Notes: generated from the letters alone by a model not told the origin. A DNA stretch of 64,000 nucleotides from Methanomicrobiaceae archaeon (GCA_016928355.1 JAFGKW010000045.1:6625-70624), one strand, 5' to 3'. Positions 10,688 to 20,010 are shown, counted from the stretch's first letter. Made by a program: numbers and translations.

Positions 10688-11518
10688 ATGGATGATAATC
10701 TGAGGCAGCGGATGCCGACCGGGATCTCATCACTTGACCCTGTGCTTGACGGCGGGGTTCCACCTGGTTCGGTTGTGCTGCTCGTCGGGGAACAGGGAGC
10801 CGGGAGCAGAGAATTTGTTCAGAGCTCACTCATCTACCTCTCCAAGATGAAAGAGGCGGGTCAAAACGGAGAAAACAGGATTCTCCCCGAACAGATGATC
10901 TATATCTCATTTACAAGATTAACCTCATCGATAATCAATGAGATCAAGACTTCATACAAGGATGATCTTGTCGAGGGAGTAGAAAACTATATTTCATTTA
11001 TCGACCTCTCAAATTTTTATTTTGAAAAGAGCGTTGTACCAAGGGGATGGTACTCACAGTCCTCACTTCTTTCATCTATGGATAAAACAAAGAAATCTGA
11101 CAGTCTAATCGCAGAACTTACAAACAGCCTCAGGAAAATAAAAAATAAGAGCCTTATAGTCGTAGACTCACTAACCGATCTGAATATTACAATCACCGGA
11201 CCGGAAGACTGGAAACAGCTCATAGGATTCCTGAGAGGTCTGCAGAGGGTTGCGAAGACATGGAGATCCACAATATACATACTTGTCTCCGAAGGCATCT
11301 TCGAAAACAACAAACTGATGGAGGTTGCGGACTGCTGCGATGCAATAATCGACTTCAGGTGGGAGGAGACCACGGGAAGAAAAAGACAGAGAATAATGTA
11401 CTTCGTGAAATTCAGCGGAGCCATGCCCCATCTTGAGGAGAACGATCTGGTTAAATTCGCATCAAAGATCACGACCGAGGCAGGATTCGAGGTCAGCAAC
11501 ATCAGAGTGGTTATATGA
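10688..11518 (+). CDS. KaiC/RAD55-like RecA-superfamily protein with degenerate Walker A
   Basis: 'MPTGISSLDPVLDGGVPPGS' start, P-loop reads GEQGAGSREF (no Lys); start moved to ATG 10688 (ORF track begins at 10589). Confidence 0.85.
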   Translation: MDDNLRQRMPTGISSLDPVLDGGVPPGSVVLLVGEQGAGSREFVQSSLIYLSKMKEAGQNGENRILPEQMIYISFTRLTSSIINEIKTSYKDDLVEGVENYISFIDLSNFYFEKSVVPRGWYSQSSLLSSMDKTKKSDSLIAELTNSLRKIKNKSLIVVDSLTDLNITITGPEDWKQLIGFLRGLQRVAKTWRSTIYILVSEGIFENNKLMEVADCCDAIIDFRWEETTGRKRQRIMYFVKFSGAMPHLEENDLVKFASKITTEAGFEVSNIRVVI

Positions 11519-12213
11519 AGAAGAACAGGGTCAAAATGGGCATCGAAGGCCTGGACGATATGATGGAAGGCGGCCTCATTGAAGGGAGCATATGTGCAAT
11601 CATAGGGACATACGGTACAGGAAAGACCACCTTCGCTCTCCAGTTTGCATACGATGGACTCAAGAACAACGAGACGGTAGTATACATCAGTCTTGAGGAG
11701 AAGAAAGAGAGTATATATGAAAAGATCCAGGACCGCGGATTTGACCTTGAGAAATACCGTGACCTGACGCTCTTTGTCATTAAACTCGATCCGACGGACT
11801 TCAATCTCTCGATTAACAGCATCAGGAATGAACTGCCGGAACTTATCTACGAAATCGGCGCAAAAAGAGTGATAGTAGACCCGATATCACTCTTCGAGGG
11901 TCTCTTCGACGACGAATCCCAGAGAAGGCTTGAGATGTTCAGGCTCGTCGAGATTCTCCGTGACCTGAAATGTACTGTCATGATGACGAGTGAACATAAC
12001 AGAAACGATGCATACGCCAGCAGGTACGGACTTATCGAGTATCTCTCGGACACGGTTGTGGTCCTGAAATACATCCGCCCCGACGACCTCTCCGAGGTCC
12101 ATACCGCTGTTGAGGTCGTCAAGATGAGAAGCTCGAATCACTCCCGCGAGATCAAACCCTACGAGATCCAGGAAGATCGGATCAACGTATACTCGGAAGC
12201 CAGTGTCTTCTGA
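11515..12213 (+). CDS. KaiC-like ATPase (single domain)
   Basis: GIEGLDDMMEGG, Walker A GTYGTGKTT, 'SLEE', 'VKMRSSNHS'. Confidence 0.92.
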   Translation: MKKNRVKMGIEGLDDMMEGGLIEGSICAIIGTYGTGKTTFALQFAYDGLKNNETVVYISLEEKKESIYEKIQDRGFDLEKYRDLTLFVIKLDPTDFNLSINSIRNELPELIYEIGAKRVIVDPISLFEGLFDDESQRRLEMFRLVEILRDLKCTVMMTSEHNRNDAYASRYGLIEYLSDTVVVLKYIRPDDLSEVHTAVEVVKMRSSNHSREIKPYEIQEDRINVYSEASVF

Positions 12214-13023
12214 GGATTTTTCTTTTTTTGTCCGGTTGTCTGAACTGGCATTCTCTGCAATCCGGCTGCCGTTGTTGTCACAGGTGCAGGTGAAAAGCAA
12301 AATTGAAAATAATTCTAATCTTACCTTGCCTCCCAGTTTTTCTTTGAACCGCAAATAGATTTTGGCAATTATACCGGAATTATAACAAAGTAAACAATAT
12401 GCCTGTTTTGTTCCGTTCGTTGTTATCATCATCCGATGCATGGGCTCAACCCCATACGTGCCGTTCATCTCCGCATCAGGACAAACTGATGTGATATCCG
12501 CATATTTGATAATTGTTTTCCGGTCTATGCCAAATAGGTAAAACAGATGTGATTTGATCTGCACCGAATCCTCTGTAAAAATAAAAACAGCAGTCAGATT
12601 CCAACCCCAGATGAAAAATACAATCATTCCGAATATTACAATAATCAAACCAAAATTTACGTCATGGTTCATGAATTGAAAGATTATTGCAATTACAGAC
12701 AATAATATAAAAAACATAAAAAAAACTGAAACTCCGATTGTTGGTTGAAACAGCAACTGTTTCTCGTCTTCCTGTTCAGCCTCCCTGATCTCTTCTTCCT
12801 CCATTTCTTTCGTCAGGGGTTCCGTACAGTATTGGGAATACAGTTTCATTCCCAGGGTAATCAGGAGTAACAAACCAGCGGTACGTAAGAAAATCCCGGC
12901 GGTTTCACCAGGACCCGTTACGCCGGAAACAAATCCGCCAAGAAACCCTAAAAGGAGGATAACACAGAAAATTATCAATACATTCTTTATAGTTTCTTTC
13001 CTCTCTATCATCTCCGACAACAC
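11887..13023 (-). CDS. Membrane protein, paralog of 13122-13832; the natural end near 12304 appears lost (read-through)
   Basis: First 239 aa align with the neighbouring paralog; codon 240 (TCA, 12304-12306) aligns with the paralog's TGA; the extension is antisense to the kaiC-like gene. Confidence 0.7.
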   Translation of the reverse strand: MLSEMIERKETIKNVLIIFCVILLLGFLGGFVSGVTGPGETAGIFLRTAGLLLLITLGMKLYSQYCTEPLTKEMEEEEIREAEQEDEKQLLFQPTIGVSVFFMFFILLSVIAIIFQFMNHDVNFGLIIVIFGMIVFFIWGWNLTAVFIFTEDSVQIKSHLFYLFGIDRKTIIKYADITSVCPDAEMNGTYGVEPMHRMMITTNGTKQAYCLLCYNSGIIAKIYLRFKEKLGGKVRLELFSILLFTCTCDNNGSRIAENASSDNRTKKEKSSEDTGFRVYVDPIFLDLVGFDLAGVIRASHLDDLNSGMDLGEVVGADVFQDHNRVREILDKSVPAGVCIVSVMFTRHHDSTFQVTENLDEPEHLKPSLGFVVEETLEE

Positions 13024-13121
13024 ACCATAAAAAATTCTATTGGGTTTTTAGTATCTCTTTCATTGAATTCATCTGATAATCCAGTCATGGTTTGCAAATG
13101 TTGGAAAGAATAAAGGAGACA

Positions 13122-13832
13122 TCAGTCTAATTTTACTTTTACTTTATTCCCCAGTTTTTCTTTGAACCGTAACCAGATTTTAGCGATTATATCAGGATTA
13201 TAACAAATCAAACCGTACGTCTCTGTTTTTCCCTTCGATGTAATCATCATTCGATGCATGGGTTCAACCCCATAAGTACCGTTCATCTTTGCATCAGGAC
13301 TCACTGATGTGATATCCGCATATTTTATCACGGTTTTCCTGTCAATGCCAAGGAGGTACAACAGATGTGATCTGATTTGGACTGAATCCTCTGCGAAGAC
13401 GAAAACTGGCATCAGATACCAAAAGTAGAGCCCGAATCCAATCCCCAAGAAAGAACAAGAAATCATCCATAAAACATCGTTATTGAAGATCGCAACAATA
13501 AGAAACGATATCCCCAAAAATATCATAAACAGAAAACCAATATATCCTCCGATAGTTGGTTTAAACAGCAATTGTTTCTTCTCTTTTTGATCAGTTTCTC
13601 TGCTCTCTTCATCCTTCATCTCCTGCGCCAGGGGTTTATAATAGATTTGATAAATCAATCTTGTAACCAGACCCGTTAAAACCAGAAAAGCCCCGGTGCG
13701 TAGAAATACAGTCGCTGTTTCCAGAAGACCCGGATCCTTTATGCCAAAAAAAGATGCCCACGGAATAGCAAAAAGCACAAAAACACAGAAAATTATTAAT
13801 ACATTTTTTATGATTTCCTTCCTCTCCATCAT
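13122..13832 (-). CDS. Membrane protein (about 4 TM plus C-terminal soluble, possibly PH-like, domain)
   Basis: Hydrophobic segments, GGTGAAG RBS before ATG 13832; near-identical C-terminal domain to the adjacent paralog. Confidence 0.8.
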   Translation of the reverse strand: MMERKEIIKNVLIIFCVFVLFAIPWASFFGIKDPGLLETATVFLRTGAFLVLTGLVTRLIYQIYYKPLAQEMKDEESRETDQKEKKQLLFKPTIGGYIGFLFMIFLGISFLIVAIFNNDVLWMISCSFLGIGFGLYFWYLMPVFVFAEDSVQIRSHLLYLLGIDRKTVIKYADITSVSPDAKMNGTYGVEPMHRMMITSKGKTETYGLICYNPDIIAKIWLRFKEKLGNKVKVKLD

Positions 13833-13857
13833 CTTCACCAGTCTCGAATAAAAAAGA

Positions 13858-14136
13858 TTATATTTCTGCATCAGGTGCGGTTACCGGCGGTACCGGTGAT
13901 GCGGCCGGATCGTAGACCAGTGATAAGTAGCGTGCCGAGAAGACGAAAAGGAAGGGGTAGAAGGCGAGGTTGATTACCCAGCCGATGAACAGGATCATCG
14001 CGAAGATTGAGAGCACAAAGAAATAGATGATTGCGGTTACCAGTTTTAATGCCGTAAGAAGAACTGCAAAAGGATAATATTCTTTTTTCAGATCGTGATT
14101 TATACAGACGACAAAAAATCCTTCTAGATCTTCCAC
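13858..14136 (-). pseudogene. Probable C-terminal remnant of a DUF4013-like membrane protein
   Basis: 'ILFIGWVINLAFYPFLFVFSARYLSLVYD' resembles, from recall, the end of methanomicrobial DUF4013 proteins; only 92 aa. Confidence 0.4.
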
Positions 14137-14148
14137 TTCAGTTCCCTC

Positions 14149-15264
14149 TCAGAATGACGGCGGTTTGAAAGCCCCGTCGAAATGATACCTGACTATTTCC
14201 CGGATCTCCTCGTCATTGTTGCCGTCCATAGTTATGAGCGCATTATAAGTCTTTTCTATGTTCTGACTGGAGAACGCTTCACTAAGAGCAGGCAGGTTTT
14301 CCAGAACCAGACTGCAGATCTCCTCAAGACTGGCAAGATATCCTTTTTTTGTCTCATTGGAATATGATATTCCCAGCATACTGAAGACGTTTCTGGCCGG
14401 GATGACAATCATGTTCCGATCCCGAATGAGTTCTTCCCGTCCTTTGATGAAAGTGGAGCTGGAAATATAGGGGGCAATGAAAAAATAAAGAGATGCGGAA
14501 TCAGGGCTTTCTTGGTGAATGAAATAACTCAGGTATATTTCCCTGCCAAAATAGATATCCACGGAATCCCGGGAAACATTGTAAATAATACGATCGTGTG
14601 AGTGCAACGGAATTATCGTCTTCAGGATTTTTCCAAGTATTCCTCTGGGCAACACCCGCTGGCTGGGCCGGGACATAAGATCCCGCAACATCTCGTTATA
14701 TTCCCGGATTAGTTCCTTGGCACTTTTCTGCGGGGGTGGATTTTTAGCTATTTCTTCCAGGTACCTGCGACTCTCCTCTTTTGTCCAGTAATCGATAAGT
14801 TTCTTTGATTCTGTGTTGTAGATTGCAGATACCTCCCCGATGTGTTCGGGCTTAAACAGGTCAAGGATCTCAGGCAGGTGTTTTTTTATCTCGCCGGACA
14901 GGCGGTTTATTTCCTGTACCGTCCCCCTGTTATCAGGGAGACACCTTACAAATTCTCCGTCAACAAAAACGGGAGGCATCGGGATATGGATATTGAAGAC
15001 CGAAAAAATCATACGGGCGTCAAAAGATATATCCGTTTTATTGGCCTTGATCGAACAGTGCACGATCCCGTTCTCTTTTTCCCCCTTCTCATAAAACCTA
15101 AATAAAATATCAATCTCCGGTGAACTCAGATGGACGGAAATTGGCCTGTCATGTTCCCGGTATTCGATCATCTCCAGCCGGAAACCCCCGTCAGCCGTCA
15201 GCGGCATGACCGCTGACGGGATCTGCTCAAAATATCCCGAATCTTCTGTTTTATTCATATGCAT
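14149..15264 (-). CDS. Hypothetical soluble protein with internal duplication (candidate immunity protein)
   Basis: 371 aa, GGAG RBS, 27 bp downstream of the Cys-rich protein gene; two similar halves. Confidence 0.75.
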   Translation of the reverse strand: MHMNKTEDSGYFEQIPSAVMPLTADGGFRLEMIEYREHDRPISVHLSSPEIDILFRFYEKGEKENGIVHCSIKANKTDISFDARMIFSVFNIHIPMPPVFVDGEFVRCLPDNRGTVQEINRLSGEIKKHLPEILDLFKPEHIGEVSAIYNTESKKLIDYWTKEESRRYLEEIAKNPPPQKSAKELIREYNEMLRDLMSRPSQRVLPRGILGKILKTIIPLHSHDRIIYNVSRDSVDIYFGREIYLSYFIHQESPDSASLYFFIAPYISSSTFIKGREELIRDRNMIVIPARNVFSMLGISYSNETKKGYLASLEEICSLVLENLPALSEAFSSQNIEKTYNALITMDGNNDEEIREIVRYHFDGAFKPPSF

Positions 15265-15291
15265 TGGCTCCTGGTTTTCCCTTTTTTTTAC

Positions 15292-17028
15292 TCATATCAA
15301 AGCACACATAATTATTGTATTGATAATCTCGGCTGCGGCAGGGATCTCCACTTCATAAAGATATCTTGTCACACCTGTCGGCCCCGTTACAGGAACACGT
15401 TCTTCAGTCACAACACCTTTGAACTCATCCTTTAAGATCTTCATTTCTCTGGGAAAACCAGTTTCTGATTCCCAGAAAGGGTCATTAAGATTAGTTGGAG
15501 GTCTTTCGGTGACAAAAATCCTCCCCCCGTTTTCAGCCGCATCTTTTCCTGCAGCCCTTGTAAACAGGTCATTCCATTTCTGTATTTGTTCTTCAGTTAA
15601 TCCCCCTACATTGATATTGAACTTGTTTGCACCGACATCATCAGCAACCATTTGATAACTGTCGGCATTATCAATTCCAAGATATCTCCCGAATACGGTC
15701 TTGCCTATGGATGGATCAAATTCCCCACCGGCAACCTTCACAACACCGATGTTGTTGTAATAATTAAGCCAATTTTCTAACGTCGGATAGATACAGCCAC
15801 TACAGCCCGAACTACAGGTAGGACATGACACAGACGATGATAACATACATGAATCAAGATCATCCACACTTGGACAACATGCCAGAACCCCATTCACGGC
15901 CCCGCAAGTTGGGCGGGTACAACCTGCACATCCTGCCTCGTCCGAAGAATTTTTACATTCCGAAAGTCTCTCTGCACTCGGACAACAGGTATATATCCCG
16001 TTATAATCTCCCCCGCACATCAGTGTCGGTGTGACCGGCAGAACATCAAATTCGCATGATGTATCATCAGACCACCACACATAATGCCCGACATCCAGTC
16101 CAGTCATGTAAAACAGATAAGATGGTGCTCCTTCGCGTGGGCAGCTGCACGAGCCCCAGTCACAAAAGCAAAGGTTAGTCCATATATCACCGTTTTGGAC
16201 CGAAAGCCCCAATGCTCCTTCACCAGGATAACCATCGGAATATGATGTTTCGCCAACCGTGATGTCGGAACATGAACAGCTACGCGGAGTAGGGACTGGA
16301 GTAGGTGTTATTGTCGGGGAGGTGGATGTAACCGTAAAATTACAGGAATCCCACTGGCTTCCCAAAGCAGAAAACCAGGTGTAACTTCCGGCATTATCAA
16401 TTGTATAATAAACCTGACCGTTCTCGCCAATACCACAAGTCATACCTCCGCCCCATATACCCATACAGAGATCATTGGAAGGATCGTCGCTGGGATAGAG
16501 TGCAATATATTCGCAATCAGAAATCGGAGTGTAATATGAAGTTTCGCTGACATTGATATCTGCACAGGAATCATAAGTACACACGGTTTCGGTGGGAGTC
16601 ACAGTAGGAGTTGGATTTGTACTAATTGTCATCGTGAATTCGTCAACAGGGTGACTTTCACTTATCCAGTAATCCCATTGTTCGCAATTATAGGTCCCGT
16701 CATCAATGATATAATAAGAACCGGATATTGTAATCGATTCTTCAGGCACAAATATAACTTCTGCTCCTCCGTCAACAGAATTCACAAAAAGCTGACCTTC
16801 AGACCAATAATAGATATCATCTATTCCATATGGAAAACTTTCAGCCGCATAAGCTGCTGGTGTATACCAGGTACTGTATACTGAATTTCCTTCACTATCT
16901 ATCATTATATCTGTCGAAGATGCGTTTACTATTCCAGTCACGCAATTCGCAATTATAAAGAGAAGTAATAATTTTTTAATAGACTAAGCCCCCTTCATCA
17001 TTATTATTTTCAATCCTGTCGACTTCAT
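15292..17028 (-). CDS. Secreted Cys-rich repeat protein with PT linkers and a distinct C-terminal (toxin-like) domain; in-frame TAG in leader
   Basis: 549-aa ORF from GTG 16941; the upstream frame gives MKSTGLKIIMMKGA*SIKKLLLLFIIANCVTGIVNA, a signal peptide interrupted by TAG at 16984-16986. Confidence 0.75.
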
Positions 17029-17212
17029 CCAGATCCGCTGAATCACTCAGGCCTGATAAATATCCTGACCTGCAAGCCGCCCCTTAAGAGATTGATAATT
17101 GTAAGTTAAAATTTTATCATATTAAATATTACGTTTTATTAAAAAATTATGAATAATTTAATTGTAACTATTTTTTGAGCGTTGTTTTATCAAACCATCC
17201 CGGGGCCGATCC

Positions 17213-17470
17213 GGGCATAAGCCCCGTCATTCTTTATTAATTTTAGAGGGAGGGGGAGGTTTCCCCCTCCCTATTACCCTCTCCCTCATCGCGATAAGTC
17301 GCAAAGGGGATGGACGAGCATCCCCTTTTGCTCCAGGATAAACTGTTTCCAGATTCAATATCCGAATAAGGGCATTCTCCCGGTCGAGGCCACCCGGTCG
17401 GGTGGCGTCCAGACCGGGCTATCATGATTGCGCAAATTCGCGTAGCGAATTTAGCAAAGGGCTTATGCCC
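17213..17470. repeat. Hairpin-rich non-coding element with 12-bp terminal inverted repeats (MITE/REP-like or structured RNA)
   Basis: GGGCATAAGCCC (17213-17224) / GGGCTTATGCCC (17459-17470); four internal stems. Confidence 0.65.
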
Positions 17471-17549
17471 AATCAAATTTACAAAATGTATTATAAATGC
17501 TTCAAAGCAATCTGATACAATTATAACCCCCAAATCCCAATTTTAAATA

Positions 17550-18431
17550 ATGACAGGACGTATATCACGCGGGTGGCGGCTTTTTAAGGCCACATTCGGA
17601 ATTCTAAAAGCCGAAAAAAGCCTGGTGCTTTTCCCGGTAATTTCTGCAGTTTTAAGTCTGCTTGTTCTGGTAGTCTTCATCTTTCCTGCACTGGCACTAT
17701 TCAGTTCAACCGGTGCCGATACCGAAAGCTGGGGTATTACCCAGTGGGCGATGTGGGTGGCATTCATCTTCGTGTTCTACTTCATCACGTACCTGATTAC
17801 GATCTTTTTCAAGACTGCCGTAATCTCGAATGCCACTGAAGTCATGAACGGAAACGATCCGACAATGGGGCAGGGTATCGGCATATCGGCATCCCATATC
17901 GGAAAACTCGCAATATGGGCCCTGATACAGGCGACAATCGGACTGATTCTTAGTATGATCCGCAGCAGGGACAACCTGATTGCAACCATTTTATCTGCGT
18001 TTCTTGCTGCTGCATGGGAGCTTGTCACCTTCTTCGTGATTCCGGTCCTGATATTTGAGAACCAGGGCGTCCCCGGATCGGTTAAGGAATCATGGAATCT
18101 CTTCAAAAAGACATGGGGAGAGACGGTGGTCTCCGGGTTCTCCTTTATTGTCCTTTATATTCCGGCATTCATAATGATGTTCATCGCAATTGGCTCCCTC
18201 TTCACCGGAATTGGTGCACTGAGTATGGCAGCAGTCGGCCTTTTCCTCATAATTCTTGTTGCAACAGGCGTCCTCGCCTCGACACTGCACGGAATTCTCG
18301 TCGCACTCCTCTATAACTATGCAAGGACTGGAGAGATCCCGGGCATGGTCGACAGGGACCTTATCGAGAATGCATTCGTCGAGTCGAAGAAAGAAAAGAA
18401 AACGGCCGTTTCAGGCGGTGGAAATATCTGA
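17550..18431 (+). CDS. Conserved multi-pass membrane protein (DUF6159-like)
   Basis: 'GRISRGWRL', 'FFVIPVLIFE', 'SW.LFKKTWGE' pattern. Confidence 0.8.
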   Translation: MTGRISRGWRLFKATFGILKAEKSLVLFPVISAVLSLLVLVVFIFPALALFSSTGADTESWGITQWAMWVAFIFVFYFITYLITIFFKTAVISNATEVMNGNDPTMGQGIGISASHIGKLAIWALIQATIGLILSMIRSRDNLIATILSAFLAAAWELVTFFVIPVLIFENQGVPGSVKESWNLFKKTWGETVVSGFSFIVLYIPAFIMMFIAIGSLFTGIGALSMAAVGLFLIILVATGVLASTLHGILVALLYNYARTGEIPGMVDRDLIENAFVESKKEKKTAVSGGGNI

Positions 18432-18448
18432 ATTAAAAAAAACTTTTT

Positions 18449-18703
18449 TTATATTGTTATTCCTGCAAAGTTCAGGACAATAAGCAGAATCGCACCGGGA
18501 AGTCCGCCAAGTGCACATACAAGGACTGCCCCCCAGGTGAGCCTGAAAGACTCCATTCCCAGTATATTCAGCTGGCTTATGACAACTATGGTGACGATCC
18601 CAACAATTGAATTAATAATCAGTGTCGTCACGTTCTTGAGGAAATACCACAGGACAATAACAATACCTGCCGCGACAAGGACAGTAATCAGAGTACTTAT
18701 CAT
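18449..18703 (-). CDS. BofA-like (pro-sigmaK processing inhibitor family) small membrane protein
   Basis: 'INSIVG' ... 'ALGGLPGAILL' pattern. Confidence 0.75.
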   Translation of the reverse strand: MISTLITVLVAAGIVIVLWYFLKNVTTLIINSIVGIVTIVVISQLNILGMESFRLTWGAVLVCALGGLPGAILLIVLNFAGITI

Positions 18704-18705
18704 TA

Positions 18706-20010
18706 CTATTTACCAACGACCCGAATATTATTAAATCTCACCGATGGCATAATCACATTTCCAAGCTCTCTCGACTCCTTTGAAACCCCGGCTATCGATT
18801 TGAGCATCTCAAATATGTTTCCGGAGAGCATCGCCGCACGGACTGCATCACCGTCATTGCCACCTTCTCTCCATGTCGCATTGGATGTCTCGACTGAGAA
18901 GTCACCCGTAATTCCGTTTGCAGTATGGGCGCCGATTACATCATGAATATAGAGAGCCTTCTCATCGAATATGACCTGGCGATCGCCTTCGAAGTAAAGG
19001 TTATGGAAGCCAATCGAAGGGGAGCCGTCTGACCTCACGGCACTGCCGGTGGACTGTTCGCCGTATTTATAGGCTGTCTTTAAGTCGTAGCAGAATGTGT
19101 TTACCACACCATCCTTTATAAGATCGAGAACCCTCGCAGGGACACCCTCGGCATCCCTTGCCTTTGATCCCTGACCGTGGAACGGATCGTCACGAAGTGA
19201 GAATGACCCGTCAAGCCACTTCTCACCGAGTTTTCCGGCGAAATATGATCTGCCGGCTTTAACATTCTTACCCGAGAGTGCCGGAACCACGATTCCGCCA
19301 ATAAGCTGGGCGGCGGCAATCGGGGAGAGGATGACATCATAGCTTCCTGAATCGATCTCCCCTGCATCCACAGAATGAGCGGCAAGATATGCGGCCTTTT
19401 TCCCGATATCATAAGGATCAATCCTGTCTGCAAAGCATGACGAATCACTTTCGTAGCCGGTGGATGTCCCGGAGATGGTTTCAAGCGAGGCACCGGTGCG
19501 GGTCCTCACGCTTTCATAGACAAGTCCGTTTGAATTTGTCAGCTTGTAAAATGAAGAAGAGGCAGAGGCACCCCCGCCTGCGACATCTACATTATATTCG
19601 GATGCACCGTTTAGGAGCTCCTTAATATTGGCTGTAAGATAAGCTGAATCAAGAACAAGATTTTCATCAAATCTGCTCTCCGGCGTCCCTGTTGTTCCGG
19701 ATGCGTCCGGAAGACCTCCCCACTCCTGTGCATCGGCAAACTTCGAGCCGGCCTTTGCCGCATCGAGACACTCCTCCCATTTTAAGGGATTATTTGTTGT
19801 TGAACTACCGATCCGACCCCCGTCTATGATACGGATGCCGAATACCCAGGACTCCGAACCGCCGGCCTCACCGATCTCGTCCCCCTTCAATGATGCATGA
19901 ATGAACTTCCCGGTTCCATAGACCACCTCGACCTCATCTGCGATCTTTTGCCCTTTCCGGATGATATCGTCGATTATCGAATCACTGTCAAAATCACACA
20001 CCCTGACCAC
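18706..20010 (-). CDS. pmbA: TldD/PmbA family protein (PmbA/TldE subunit)
   Basis: 'DAEGVP', 'HTANGITGDFSV', no HExxxH. Confidence 0.9.
   Translation of the reverse strand: MVRVCDFDSDSIIDDIIRKGQKIADEVEVVYGTGKFIHASLKGDEIGEAGGSESWVFGIRIIDGGRIGSSTTNNPLKWEECLDAAKAGSKFADAQEWGGLPDASGTTGTPESRFDENLVLDSAYLTANIKELLNGASEYNVDVAGGGASASSSFYKLTNSNGLVYESVRTRTGASLETISGTSTGYESDSSCFADRIDPYDIGKKAAYLAAHSVDAGEIDSGSYDVILSPIAAAQLIGGIVVPALSGKNVKAGRSYFAGKLGEKWLDGSFSLRDDPFHGQGSKARDAEGVPARVLDLIKDGVVNTFCYDLKTAYKYGEQSTGSAVRSDGSPSIGFHNLYFEGDRQVIFDEKALYIHDVIGAHTANGITGDFSVETSNATWREGGNDGDAVRAAMLSGNIFEMLKSIAGVSKESRELGNVIMPSVRFNNIRVVGK

Noticed and set aside
16984-16986. Pyrrolysine read-through of the in-frame TAG
   Set aside because: TAG is the ordinary stop of atpE (670-672), msrA (31667-31669) and arcB (45025-45027), and no pyl genes are in the window; a mutation is more parsimonious
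17243-17533. 96-aa minus-strand ORF
   Set aside because: Runs through the hairpin element and the neighbouring promoter; composition is dictated by the palindromes
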